A DNA stretch of 64,000 nucleotides from a virus: the IMG/VR virus record IMGVR_UViG_3300007790_000207, one strand, 5' to 3'. The first letter of the stretch is position 1. The number at the start of each line of letters is the position of its first letter. This document shows, piece by piece, positions 19,440 to 28,701 of this stretch. A model generated the notes under the pieces. The model saw only the letters and a list, made by a program, of their open reading frames with translations. It had not been told where the DNA came from and ran no database searches. The translations under genes and the position numbers were made by a program.

Positions 19440-19892
19440 ATGAGCACCACCGGCTACACCCTCGACCCCGAGATCCTCGACCCCGAGGCCTTCATGCTCT
19501 TCGAGAGCGGCGTCGTCAAGACCCCGAACCACCTCCGCGGCAAGCAGTGGAAGGACCTCACGCTCCCGGAGAAGACCATCTTCTACCGCGCGGCCGAGTC
19601 CCTCATCCGGGCCCGCGACCTCCGGACGTCGAAGCAGTTCCACGACCCCGAGAACCTCGCCGTCTGGGCCGAGGACCACGGCCTGCGCCGCGACTGGCAC
19701 GAGCCGGATGAGAGCGGCGTCGGTGCGCGTGTCATCGGCGACCACCTCGACAACGCCTTCGGCTCCGGCCTCACGCAGGAGAACGGCTTCCAGGAGTACG
19801 TCGTCGTGCTCACCGTCAACGGCCGCGACTCGGCGCGCATCAACCTCGCCAACCTCCTCGCGTGGGCGACCGAGCGCGGGCAGAGCCTTTGA
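19440..19892 (+). CDS. Hypothetical protein
   Basis: AGGAG RBS. Confidence 0.7.
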   Translation: MSTTGYTLDPEILDPEAFMLFESGVVKTPNHLRGKQWKDLTLPEKTIFYRAAESLIRARDLRTSKQFHDPENLAVWAEDHGLRRDWHEPDESGVGARVIGDHLDNAFGSGLTQENGFQEYVVVLTVNGRDSARINLANLLAWATERGQSL

Positions 19893-20152
19893 TGGCCGAC
19901 GAGATCACCCCGACGACCGAACAAGTCGAGGACGGCTTCGCCTACGACCCGGAGTACGAGTACCACAACCCGACCGACGGCGGGTACGTCGAACGCAACC
20001 GCCAGGCCTTCCGCCGCTGGCTCGCTGAGCATGTCCGCGAGAGGCAGGAGAAGGCATTCGACGCAGGGCTGGACACGGCGCTTGGAGGCCACCCGCCCGT
20101 CGTCCTGGACGTCGTGAAGAAGACCAACCCCTACAGGAAGAAGACCCAGTGA
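19892..20152 (+). CDS. Hypothetical protein
   Basis: TGATG coupling. Confidence 0.6.
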   Translation: MADEITPTTEQVEDGFAYDPEYEYHNPTDGGYVERNRQAFRRWLAEHVRERQEKAFDAGLDTALGGHPPVVLDVVKKTNPYRKKTQ

Positions 20153-20388
20153 CCGACCTGCCCGAGGGATTCGAGTACGTCGAAGTCTCGGCGGCGAAGG
20201 ACGTCGTCTACGGCCTCATCGAGGAGGCCTGCCGAGAGGCCTCGCTCCACGTCGATCCTCTCTTCGAGATGAAGGACGACGAGCCGCACTACAACGCCAT
20301 CACCATCGCTGATCGGATCGTCGAGGCACTCGTGGCTCGCGGCGTCACGATCCCCGAGAACTTCAACGCCAAGGAGGCAACCTCGTGA
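20149..20388 (+). CDS. Hypothetical protein
   Basis: GTGA coupling. Confidence 0.6.
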   Translation: MTDLPEGFEYVEVSAAKDVVYGLIEEACREASLHVDPLFEMKDDEPHYNAITIADRIVEALVARGVTIPENFNAKEATS

Positions 20389-20765
20389 CCATCTCGAACG
20401 TCACCGACCTCGACGAGATCACCAAGCGCGTCGTCCAGATCAACAAGGACAACGGCTGGAGCGACGACGTGCCGGAGGTCGGCACCCCCGAGTTCACCAA
20501 CTGGCTCATCACGAAGTTGGCGCTCGTCATGACCGAGATCGCGGAGGGCATCGAGGAGGTCCGCAAGGGCATCGACCCGACCGAGACCTACTACCTGACG
20601 GACTCGCCGACGAAGCCCGAGGGCCTCGGGTCCGAGTTGGCGGACGCCGTCATCCGCTCCATCCACCTCGCCTACCTCGTCGGCATCGACCTCCCGAGCA
20701 ACATCGACGAGAAGTTGACCTACAACGCCACGCGCGGCTACCGTCATGGCGGGAAGGCCGCATGA
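20385..20765 (+). CDS. MazG-like nucleotide pyrophosphohydrolase
   Basis: KLALVMTEIAEGIEE...SELADAVIR...YNATRGYRHGGK. Confidence 0.85.
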   Translation: MTISNVTDLDEITKRVVQINKDNGWSDDVPEVGTPEFTNWLITKLALVMTEIAEGIEEVRKGIDPTETYYLTDSPTKPEGLGSELADAVIRSIHLAYLVGIDLPSNIDEKLTYNATRGYRHGGKAA

Positions 20766-20857
20766 TGGCTCGTCGACAGAGCACCATCAGCCCGCTCGCC
20801 GTCTTCGCCATCGTCCTCGCAGGCGCGGCGTTCCTCATCATCACCATGGGAGGGTGA
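20762..20857 (+). CDS. Small membrane peptide
   Basis: Single TM segment, ATGA coupling. Confidence 0.45.
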   Translation: MMARRQSTISPLAVFAIVLAGAAFLIITMGG

Positions 20858-20858
20858 C

Positions 20859-21173
20859 ATGACCCCCGAGAAGCGTCAGCCCCGCACCTTCGCCGAGCGC
20901 CGCCGCGCCAACCGCAAGGCCGCTCGTGCGCTGGAGAACTACGGCCGCTCGGTCCGAGGCCTGCCGCCTCAGCCCGACCCCAACGTCGTCCTCGGCCTCG
21001 CGCTCGCCAACTGCCTCGTCATGGTCGCCCGTCTGGCGCTCGTGGCGTTCATCGCCTACTGGGCCATCACGGACGTCATGGCCGTCGGCTGGAACTTCTG
21101 GAACATCTTCTGGCTGGCGCTCGCCGTCCTCATCCTGCTCGCCCGCTCCACCACCACCACCTCGAAGGACTGA
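20859..21173 (+). CDS. Membrane protein
   Basis: Basic N-terminus, two TM segments. Confidence 0.6.
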   Translation: MTPEKRQPRTFAERRRANRKAARALENYGRSVRGLPPQPDPNVVLGLALANCLVMVARLALVAFIAYWAITDVMAVGWNFWNIFWLALAVLILLARSTTTTSKD

Positions 21174-21175
21174 CC

Positions 21176-21499
21176 ATGGCCGAGATCCCCGCGGGCTACA
21201 GCGCCCGACCCCTCAACGAGGACGACTTCCAGTTCCAGTACGACGGCGACCACGAGTACTACTTCTTCGAGAACGAGAACGGCGACCTCTTCGCCTACGG
21301 TCACGTCGACATCGACCGCTTCGCCGACGACGCCTCGAAGTACTGGCAGTACGTCAGCGGCGACGACAGCATCGAGGTGGATGGCTCGCAGGTCGAGCAC
21401 GTCTACGCTGTCGGCCTGGAGCCGGAGGGCGACCTGCTCTTCGTCTCCGCATCCGCGAAGGACCCCTTCGCGCGACCCATCTCCATCCTGCGATCCTGA
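21176..21499 (+). CDS. Hypothetical acidic protein
   Basis: Phage codon usage. Confidence 0.6.
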   Translation: MAEIPAGYSARPLNEDDFQFQYDGDHEYYFFENENGDLFAYGHVDIDRFADDASKYWQYVSGDDSIEVDGSQVEHVYAVGLEPEGDLLFVSASAKDPFARPISILRS

Positions 21500-21510
21500 G
21501 GAGGACCACC

Positions 21511-21825
21511 ATGGACAAGCCCCAGAAGTTCACCAAGAAGCCCGTCGACATCGAGGCCATCCGCTTCGAGGGCGGCGCGAAGAACGCCACCCCCGTCATC
21601 GACTGGGTCCTCCGAGGCGGCGGCACGGCCCGCTACCACGAGGAGGTGCTGGAGACCGAAGACGGCGAGACCGTCGTCGCTGACGCCGAGCACATCGCCA
21701 TCGACACGCTGGAGGGCACCATGCGCGCGAGCGTCGGCGACTGGGTCGTGCGGGGCGTGAAGGGCGAGTACTACCCGGTCCGAGCGGACATCTTCCGGCA
21801 GACCTACAGCCGCAACTTCTCCTGA
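21511..21825 (+). CDS. Conserved phage protein (KKPV.IEA...TLEG...GDW type)
   Basis: Widely seen phage motif IDTLEGTMRASVGDWVVRGVKGEYYP; GAGGA RBS. Confidence 0.7.
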   Translation: MDKPQKFTKKPVDIEAIRFEGGAKNATPVIDWVLRGGGTARYHEEVLETEDGETVVADAEHIAIDTLEGTMRASVGDWVVRGVKGEYYPVRADIFRQTYSRNFS

Positions 21826-21836
21826 CGAGGGTCTAT

Positions 21837-21864
21837 GGGGAGAACTGCCCAGGTGGTTCTCCCC
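21837..21864 (+). terminator. Terminator-like hairpin
   Basis: GGGGAGAAC / GTTCTCCCC. Confidence 0.5.
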
Positions 21865-21896
21865 TGACTCTCCCTCAACTCTGACACCATGGAGGC

Positions 21897-22496
21897 ATGA
21901 CCTTGCACCACGACTCCCTCGGCAGGTTGTCGATCCGCTTGACGGTCGACGACGAAGCCGCCCTCGCCATCCGCTCCGCGGCGGCCCAACTGGAGGGTCA
22001 AGCCGCTCACCTCGACCACTGTGACCGCCCGCAGGCCAGCGAGTTCACGCACGCTGTCATCGAGCGGCTCCGCTTCATCTCCGACAGGGTCGCCTCCGGC
22101 GAGTCCATCGAGCAGATCCCCTCGCGGCCCTACAAGGTCTCCGAGGGCCTCACGCTGTACGTTGGCGGGCCCATGACCGGCTACGACCTCTGGAACTTCC
22201 CGGCCTTCCACGAGGCCGCTGAGCGCCTCCGTGCGGCTGGCTACAGCGCCATCGACCCGGCCGAACTCGACGAGGCCGACGGCTTCGCGGCCGAGACGAA
22301 GAAGGAGGACCTCTCGCCCTCCATGCTCCGCACCTTCATGGCGCGCGACCTCCACCTCATCCTCATGGAGTCCGACGGCGTCGCGCTCCTGCCGGGCTGG
22401 GAGTACTCGAAGGGCGCGGCCGCCGAGATCGCCGCGGCGGAGGCCGTCGGCATCCCGGTCAAGACCGTCGAGCAGTGGATCGAGGAGGCGGCCTGA
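21897..22496 (+). CDS. DUF4406 / nucleoside 2-deoxyribosyltransferase-like domain protein
   Basis: YVGGPMTG...NFPAF...LLPGWEYSKGAAAE. Confidence 0.8.
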   Translation: MTLHHDSLGRLSIRLTVDDEAALAIRSAAAQLEGQAAHLDHCDRPQASEFTHAVIERLRFISDRVASGESIEQIPSRPYKVSEGLTLYVGGPMTGYDLWNFPAFHEAAERLRAAGYSAIDPAELDEADGFAAETKKEDLSPSMLRTFMARDLHLILMESDGVALLPGWEYSKGAAAEIAAAEAVGIPVKTVEQWIEEAA

Positions 22497-22684
22497 TGCC
22501 GAAGCCTCGCAAGCCGCTCGACGAAGGGTGCATCGGAGGCATCTGGTGCCCCGTCGAAGGTCACGTCGTCCGCACGAACTACCTCAACGGCAAGTGGACC
22601 ATCCATCACATCCCGCTCACCCGCGGCCAGATCCGCACGCTCCACGAGCGCCGCGCCGAGGAGGCTCGCCGTGAGCGCGCGTAG
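22496..22684 (+). CDS. Hypothetical protein
   Basis: TGATG coupling. Confidence 0.55.
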   Translation: MPKPRKPLDEGCIGGIWCPVEGHVVRTNYLNGKWTIHHIPLTRGQIRTLHERRAEEARRERA

Positions 22685-22781
22685 AGGGGTCCAGTGGGCG
22701 GGCCTGGTGCTCGTCGTCATCCCGAGCCTGGTGGTCTCGACGATCATCGGCTACCTCAGCGCCGGGCGCAAGCGAACCTGA
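22671..22781 (+). CDS. Small membrane peptide
   Basis: GAGGAGG RBS, GTG start, single TM segment. Confidence 0.45.
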   Translation: MSARRGVQWAGLVLVVIPSLVVSTIIGYLSAGRKRT

Positions 22782-22811
22782 GGAAACGCTCAACCGTAAC
22801 GATGTCACGCC

Positions 22812-22855
22812 GAAGGGCGAGTCCTGCTATGCTCCTAGCACGGACTCGCCCTTTC
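22812..22855 (+). terminator. Terminator-like hairpin
   Basis: GAAGGGCGAGTCC / GGACTCGCCCTTTC. Confidence 0.55.
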
Positions 22856-22875
22856 TGCAATCCCCGGAGGCTTCC

Positions 22876-23433
22876 ATGGCCCTTGCGTCCTGCATGGTGA
22901 CTGGCCTCTTCGCAGAGATCGGTCCCGACAGCGACGACCCGGACACCGTCCCTGACCGAGTCCCGCTCGTCGGCCTGAAGATCACCATCCGGCCGAACCT
23001 CGCTGAGAACTTTTTCACCGACGGCGAGGCCGCTCTCCTGCCCAAGATCTTCGAAGGCACGACCGACGACCAGGGTCGCGTCTGCCCTCTCGGAGCGCCT
23101 CGCGGCGTGGTCGGCCTTCCCATCATCGCCAGCGACGCCGTGGGCCAGGTCCCGCAGTCCTTCACGCACGAGGTCGAGATCCGCACCCGCCAGGGCAAGA
23201 TCCTCTCGCGCTTCCACATCCCTGCTCCGGCAGGGGGCACGGTCGACCTCGTCGACCACGTCCCGGTCGCTCCCTCTCCGGGCACCGGCATCGACGACCT
23301 CGACGAGATCGAGGCGCGCGTCATCGTGCTCGCGTCCCGTGCTGAAGAGGCCGTGCTCCGCGTCGAGTCGGCAGTCGCCAACCTCGACGACCTCCCCTCC
23401 CTCACCCTCCTCTATGAGAACGGGCTCGTGTGA
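22876..23433 (+). CDS. Putative virion accessory/adaptor protein
   Basis: GGAGG RBS; beta-rich; heads a structural-looking block. Confidence 0.5.
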   Translation: MALASCMVTGLFAEIGPDSDDPDTVPDRVPLVGLKITIRPNLAENFFTDGEAALLPKIFEGTTDDQGRVCPLGAPRGVVGLPIIASDAVGQVPQSFTHEVEIRTRQGKILSRFHIPAPAGGTVDLVDHVPVAPSPGTGIDDLDEIEARVIVLASRAEEAVLRVESAVANLDDLPSLTLLYENGLV

Positions 23434-23439
23434 CCCATC

Positions 23440-23943
23440 ATGTCCTTCGAAACCAACCTCCGGAACGTCTTCACCCGCATCTCCACCCAGGACAAGGCGC
23501 TGAAGACGCTCATCAACGGCAACGCCGCTGACCTCTCCGGACTCCTCACCACCGACAAGACCAGCCTCCTCGCGGCCCTGAACGAGTTGCACGGTCTGCT
23601 CGGCGACTCCGCAGGCATCGACGACGCCGTGACCGGCTCTGCGTCGACGTGGTCCTCGACGAAGATCACCGACGCCATCTCGTCGGCCATCGCGGCGCTC
23701 GTCAACGGCGCTCCCACGGCGCTCGACACGCTGAAGGAGATCTCGGACGCGCTCGCGGCCGACGACTCCGCGCAGGCGGCCCTCATCACGGCGCTGGACC
23801 ACCGGGTCCGCTTCGATGCCGCGCAGACGCTCACGGCTCCTCAGCAGGCGCAGGCCCGCTCGAACATCGGTGCCGCGTCGGCGGCTGACCTCGGCGACCC
23901 GAACACCGACTTCGTCGCGGTCTACGAGGCCGGACTCCAGTGA
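23440..23943 (+). CDS. Putative fibre/decoration protein
   Basis: TTDKTSLLAALNEL, GAPTALDTLKEI and AQARSNIGA motifs typical of phage fibre proteins. Confidence 0.65.
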   Translation: MSFETNLRNVFTRISTQDKALKTLINGNAADLSGLLTTDKTSLLAALNELHGLLGDSAGIDDAVTGSASTWSSTKITDAISSAIAALVNGAPTALDTLKEISDALAADDSAQAALITALDHRVRFDAAQTLTAPQQAQARSNIGAASAADLGDPNTDFVAVYEAGLQ

Positions 23944-24182
23944 CCCTCTCCGCTCGCGTCGAGGAACTCGCAGGGCGTGTCGGCCAGGACGTGAAGGCCG
24001 AGCGCGACGCTCGTGCCGCCCTCATCACGGTCAAGGCTGTGCTCACGCGGGACGAGACGCTCGATGCGAGCGATCCTCCGGGCGTGTACCTCCGACGAGG
24101 CGGCATCGTCTTCAAGGGCGTCCTGGACGACGGCGAGACCCCGCCCTCGCCCGGCTACTGGCTCCGGAGGCCTGCACCGTGA
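23940..24182 (+). CDS. Small virion-accessory protein
   Basis: GTGA coupling; N-terminus resembles the previous gene. Confidence 0.5.
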   Translation: MTLSARVEELAGRVGQDVKAERDARAALITVKAVLTRDETLDASDPPGVYLRRGGIVFKGVLDDGETPPSPGYWLRRPAP

Positions 24183-26209
24183 CCGCCAGCATCCGCGCGT
24201 TCGCGACGACGCCGACGAACAGCGGTGGGTCGTCGATCACGATGTCCCTGCCGACCGGCATCCAGGCGGGGGACCTCCTCTTCGTCGTGCTGACGACCGG
24301 CGCTCCTTCGCTGACGATCACGGACGACGCCGCGAAGGGGTGGTGGGCCCCCACTCCGCGAGCCCTCTACGGGACGCGGTCCTGGTGGACGTTCGCCCGC
24401 ATCTACAACCCGAGCGATCCGGCCAGCACCTACACCTTCACGCAGAGCGGCATGGGTGCCGTGCGAGGGATCGCCTACGCCATCCAAGGGCACGCCGTCA
24501 CCCAGGCCTCCGGCATCACGGCCGGGACGTTCTGGACCCGCACCAACAACGGCGGCTCGCAGGCGCTCACGCGCGCTCCCAGCATCACGACGCCCCAGGC
24601 GGACATGCTCGTCCTCGCCTTCACCGGAGAGGCCACGAACACCGCGGGCGGCTACACCGTCACGGCGGCCAACGGCTTCACGCCCATCGTCGAACTCACC
24701 GAGGACGCGAACTTCATCGAGTGGATGACGTCGGCGCAGAAGGTGCAGGCGGCCGCGGGAGCCACCGGCAACTACGACATCACCTACGCGCACGTCGGAG
24801 GCAACGGCGCTGGCGTGCAGTACGCCATCCCGACCGCCGCTCAGCAGGCGATCACGACCGGCCGCATCGGCGCACACGTCGCCACCGGAGTCGAGCACGA
24901 CCGCTTCACCGTCGGAGCCGACCGGCTCGGAGGCACGACCGTCCAGGCGGCTCTTCTCGCCAACGGCAACGAGATCACCCGGCAGACCATCACGCACGAC
25001 GCCACCACCGGCTGGGGCAACACCGCGTTCACGGGGCTCGCATCCGACACCCTCTACACGGTGGAGTTCTACGTCGACGGCGTCAAGCAGACCGACGCGG
25101 CGCTCACCATCAGAACTTTTCCGGCTCCCGGCACGCCGAAGTCCTACGTCCTCGCCACCGGCTCCTGTCAGTTCACCGGCTCGAACCACCCCATCTGGGA
25201 CGTCATCAAGGCCGACAACCCGGTCATGCTCGCGCACATGGGCGACCTCCACTACAACGACGCCACCACGGAGCCGCTCTGGCGCGCTGGCGTCGAGGCT
25301 TCGCTCACCGCACCGAGGATGAAGAGCCTCCTGGAGCAGGTCGCCTTCAACTGGGCCTGGGACAACCACGACCGCATCATCACGAACGTCGGCGGCGCGG
25401 GCTCGGCGCTGAACCTCGGCACCACGGACCCGCAGACGGCGACCGCCTGGAAGCAGATGGCGGGCACCACCGGCTGGGCCTCTGCCGACGCCGTCGGCCG
25501 CACCTGGGTCGTCGGCCGCGTGCGCTACATCCAGACCGACAACTGGACGATGAAGCAGGACCCGGATGCCGGAGTCACCGGCCCGACCTTCCTCGGCGCG
25601 GCGCAGAAGCAGTGGTTCAAGGACACGCTCGCGGCCGCCACCGAGCCCGCCATCATCTGGCTCTGCCAGTGGACCGGCCAGGAGCACGCGAACGGCCGCT
25701 GGAACTCCTTCCCGGCCGAGACGACCGAGTTGGAGAACTGGATCAACGCGCGGCCGGAGATCAAGAGCCGCATGATCCTCATCGGTGGCGACTCGCACTC
25801 GCTCCAGGTCACCGACGGCTCCCGCACGGCGGCTCAGGGCCAGCGGTTCTCCGGGATGCCGAACTGGAACATCTCGGGCTTCAACCGCACGTCCACGGCT
25901 CCGAACGGCAGTCCCGGATGGTTGGTCGACGACGTGCTCCGGACGTCCGCGCAGGCGGAGGCGGACTGGGGCGGCTACTCGCGCCTCACGGTCGACGATG
26001 ACGGCCAGACCCTCTCCATCCTCTGGGAGGGCGTGCGCGTCGGCCCGACGGGGGCCACGGACGTCATGGCGTCGCAGACCTACACCGTCACCACGACCTC
26101 GCCGGAGTTGTTCTTCTTCGACTCGGTCACCAGAGAGACGCTGACGCCCATCTACTGGGACGGCACGACCGAAGAGGCACTGACGGCCGAATGGCACGCT
26201 GAGGCTTGA
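24179..26209 (+). CDS. PhoD/alkaline phosphatase D-like metallophosphatase with N-terminal structural domains
   Basis: TGSCQ, HMGDLHYND, WDNHD, LGAAQKQWFKDTL, GGDSH; N-terminus PTGIQAGDLL is typical of tail-associated beta domains. Confidence 0.8.
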   Translation: MTASIRAFATTPTNSGGSSITMSLPTGIQAGDLLFVVLTTGAPSLTITDDAAKGWWAPTPRALYGTRSWWTFARIYNPSDPASTYTFTQSGMGAVRGIAYAIQGHAVTQASGITAGTFWTRTNNGGSQALTRAPSITTPQADMLVLAFTGEATNTAGGYTVTAANGFTPIVELTEDANFIEWMTSAQKVQAAAGATGNYDITYAHVGGNGAGVQYAIPTAAQQAITTGRIGAHVATGVEHDRFTVGADRLGGTTVQAALLANGNEITRQTITHDATTGWGNTAFTGLASDTLYTVEFYVDGVKQTDAALTIRTFPAPGTPKSYVLATGSCQFTGSNHPIWDVIKADNPVMLAHMGDLHYNDATTEPLWRAGVEASLTAPRMKSLLEQVAFNWAWDNHDRIITNVGGAGSALNLGTTDPQTATAWKQMAGTTGWASADAVGRTWVVGRVRYIQTDNWTMKQDPDAGVTGPTFLGAAQKQWFKDTLAAATEPAIIWLCQWTGQEHANGRWNSFPAETTELENWINARPEIKSRMILIGGDSHSLQVTDGSRTAAQGQRFSGMPNWNISGFNRTSTAPNGSPGWLVDDVLRTSAQAEADWGGYSRLTVDDDGQTLSILWEGVRVGPTGATDVMASQTYTVTTTSPELFFFDSVTRETLTPIYWDGTTEEALTAEWHAEA

Positions 26210-26235
26210 CGCTCGTCAACGAGATCCGCTACGGT
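26206..26235 (+). promoter_or_regulatory. Promoter with TTGAC-N4-GTCAA operator (probably leaderless)
   Basis: TTGACGCTCGTCAA 26206-26219; TACGGT 26230-26235; GTG start 6 nt later. Confidence 0.75.
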
Positions 26236-26241
26236 GGGTCC

Positions 26242-26883
26242 GTGAGCAACATCCTCTACACCTCCGACCTGCACCTCGGCCACGAGCACGTCGCCGAGAC
26301 CCGCGGCTTCAAGAACCACTTCGACCACGACGAGTGGATCGTCGACCTCTGGAACGACGCCGTCGGCAAGAACGACATCATCTTCGTCCTCGGGGACATC
26401 GCCGTCGACAAGACGCCCTACGCGCTCGCCATCCTCCGCGGGCTCCCCGGCCGGAAGCGGCTCGTCGCAGGTAACCACGACCAGGCGCACCCGCTCAACC
26501 ACCGGAGGTTCGCCGCCTGGCTCCCGAAGTACCTCGACGTCTTCGAGACCGTCTCGCCCATGATGATGCGGAAGGTCGGCGACCGCCGCGTCATGCTCTC
26601 GCATTTCCCCTACGAGTCGTGGGGCGACGGCGAGGCGCGCGAGGGCTCCCGCTTCGAGGAGTGGCGTCTGCCCGACAAGGGCCTGCCGCTCCTGCACGGC
26701 CACACGCACGGCACCGAGCGCGAGCACGGCCGGATGCTCCACGTCGGCGTCGACGCCTGGGGCCGCCCCGTCAAGGAGAGCGAGGTCGCGGCCTGGCTGG
26801 CGACGGTGCCGACCGAACCTCCGACGACCTCGCAGGACTTGGCCGCTCGCCGACTGGCTCTCCGCCTCGCGCGAAGCATCTAG
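26242..26883 (+). CDS. Calcineurin-like metallophosphoesterase
   Basis: TSDLHLGH, VLGDI, AGNHD, LSHFP, HGHTH, HVGVDAW. Confidence 0.9.
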   Translation: MSNILYTSDLHLGHEHVAETRGFKNHFDHDEWIVDLWNDAVGKNDIIFVLGDIAVDKTPYALAILRGLPGRKRLVAGNHDQAHPLNHRRFAAWLPKYLDVFETVSPMMMRKVGDRRVMLSHFPYESWGDGEAREGSRFEEWRLPDKGLPLLHGHTHGTEREHGRMLHVGVDAWGRPVKESEVAAWLATVPTEPPTTSQDLAARRLALRLARSI

Positions 26884-26887
26884 ACCA

Positions 26888-26943
26888 CCCGGCCCGCTCA
26901 CCGACATCTCAGCGCAAGCGCATCGAGGCACCAGCGGGCCGGG
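26888..26943 (+). ncRNA. Solitary TIGR-like stem-loop guide unit 1
   Basis: 10-bp stem CCCGGCCCGC/GCGGGCCGGG; 36-nt loop tCA-ccgacatc-TCAGCgcaaGC-GCA-tcgaggca-CCA. Confidence 0.7.
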
Positions 26944-27008
26944 TATTGACCCTGAAGAAGAGAACGCCTAGACTGGCGTCAACAAGTTCACGCATCGGAA
27001 GGAACCCC

Positions 27009-28154
27009 GTGGCTATCACCATCGACACCATGAAGGAGCACAACACCTTCGTCCCGGTCGCCGTCGGCGAGAAGTTGCTCTCGCGCACCGAGCCCGTCGA
27101 GACGGTCAAGATCGACGAGGGCGCACAGGTGTCCTTCAAGGTCGCCGACGACTGGCTCGTCAAGGCCGGGCAGAGCGATCTCTCGCAGGTCGACGTCCAG
27201 GTCACGGTCGACGGCAAGGAGTACGCGCTGTCGAAGGCGGCCGCGTTCGGCGTCGGTCAGGTCTTCGGCATCCAGAACACCTACCTCCCGAAGATCACCG
27301 GCTCGATCTACGAGACCCTGCTCAACCACCACTACGGCGACCGCGGTAGCAAGGCCTTCGCGGCGCTCGCCATCGGCGACGTGCTCCACGGTCTCGTGCG
27401 CCCCGGCCTCTCGGTCTACTCGAACCTCCAGATCTTGGAGCAGACCATCGCGGGCATCGAGGCCGCCTACGGCAAGGACACGGAGGTCCTCGTCGACCGC
27501 CGCACGTTCAACACGCTCACGAAGACCGACATCCGGCTCGTGGTCCCGGAGGTCCAGCGCACGATCCACGACGGCGGTCTCCACGACGTCCCCTCGGGCG
27601 AGACCGACACCTGGAGCGCGGGCATCCACATCTCGAACTCGGTCACCGGCAAGAGCCCGACCACCCTCTCGGCGTACCTCTTCCGCTACTGGTGCGCGAA
27701 CGGCGCGACGGTCCGCAACGAGGACGTCGGCACCTGGCACCGCGCGTTCGACTCGACCGTCGACATCTACGAGTGGTCGAAGGCGAACACCGAGGAGATC
27801 CTCGCCGGGATGGAGAAGCAGTTCGACGCCGTCCAGCACCTCACCGGTGTCGACGTCGACGGCCGCGTCGGCTCGGTCATCAACGAGACCCTGCGGCCCA
27901 TGCGCGTGAGCGCGTCCATCCGCAACGACGTCGCCCAGGGCCTCCTCGACTACGACGACGTCTCGCTCTACACGGTGATGAACGCCATCACCTCCTACGC
28001 GAACCGGCCCGGTCTCGACCAGGACTACATCAACCGCTTCATGACGGCGGGCGGCAACCTCGCGTCGCGCTCCGTGACGAGCGAGAAGGCCACCATCTGG
28101 AAGGAGGGGCACCTCGCCCCGCCGACCGCTCCGAACCCCTACGAGGTGGTCTGA
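27009..28154 (+). CDS. DUF932-like protein
   Basis: GIHISNSVTGK...AYLFRYWCANGA motif; AAGGA RBS. Confidence 0.65.
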   Translation: MAITIDTMKEHNTFVPVAVGEKLLSRTEPVETVKIDEGAQVSFKVADDWLVKAGQSDLSQVDVQVTVDGKEYALSKAAAFGVGQVFGIQNTYLPKITGSIYETLLNHHYGDRGSKAFAALAIGDVLHGLVRPGLSVYSNLQILEQTIAGIEAAYGKDTEVLVDRRTFNTLTKTDIRLVVPEVQRTIHDGGLHDVPSGETDTWSAGIHISNSVTGKSPTTLSAYLFRYWCANGATVRNEDVGTWHRAFDSTVDIYEWSKANTEEILAGMEKQFDAVQHLTGVDVDGRVGSVINETLRPMRVSASIRNDVAQGLLDYDDVSLYTVMNAITSYANRPGLDQDYINRFMTAGGNLASRSVTSEKATIWKEGHLAPPTAPNPYEVV

Positions 28155-28156
28155 CG

Positions 28157-28594
28157 ATGACGACCATCGAGCCGGGCGCTCGCGTCCGCATCAAGCACGA
28201 CATCATGGGCGGCGGCCAGAAGACCGAGCCCTTCGTCTACCTCGCCAAGGGGACCGAGGGCATCGTCACCGAGATCCTGGACCCGGAGAGCCTGGGCGAG
28301 GACGAGTTCCCCCTCGGCATCCGGATCGGCTGGAACGAGGACTACGTCGCCTTGGACGACGTGGAGGTCGTCACCGCCGCCGCCGACGTGGCGAAGGAGC
28401 CGGTCGAGTTCACGATCACCGGCAAGGTCACCGTCGAGGTCACGCACCGCATCATGGCGATGAACCGCGACGAGGCCGCCAAGAAGTGGGCCGAGATGGG
28501 GTCGGACCTTCTGACCGACTGGGACGAGATGAGCAAGCCCGAGATCGCCCCTCTGGCCTACTTCGACATCGGCGAGAAGGGGGTCGACTACTGA
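28157..28594 (+). CDS. Hypothetical protein (SH3-like N-terminus)
   Basis: GAGGTGG RBS. Confidence 0.6.
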   Translation: MTTIEPGARVRIKHDIMGGGQKTEPFVYLAKGTEGIVTEILDPESLGEDEFPLGIRIGWNEDYVALDDVEVVTAAADVAKEPVEFTITGKVTVEVTHRIMAMNRDEAAKKWAEMGSDLLTDWDEMSKPEIAPLAYFDIGEKGVDY

Positions 28595-28701
28595 TGGAAC
28601 TCCTGTTCCTCCTCCTCCCCCTCCCCTGGGCGCTCTTCATCTGGGCGCGGGCGAGCGGTCACATCCTCACGCTCTCGGAGTACGAGGGGTTGGTGCGCTG
28701 A
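28594..28701 (+). CDS. Small membrane peptide
   Basis: TGATG coupling at both ends. Confidence 0.5.
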   Translation: MELLFLLLPLPWALFIWARASGHILTLSEYEGLVR

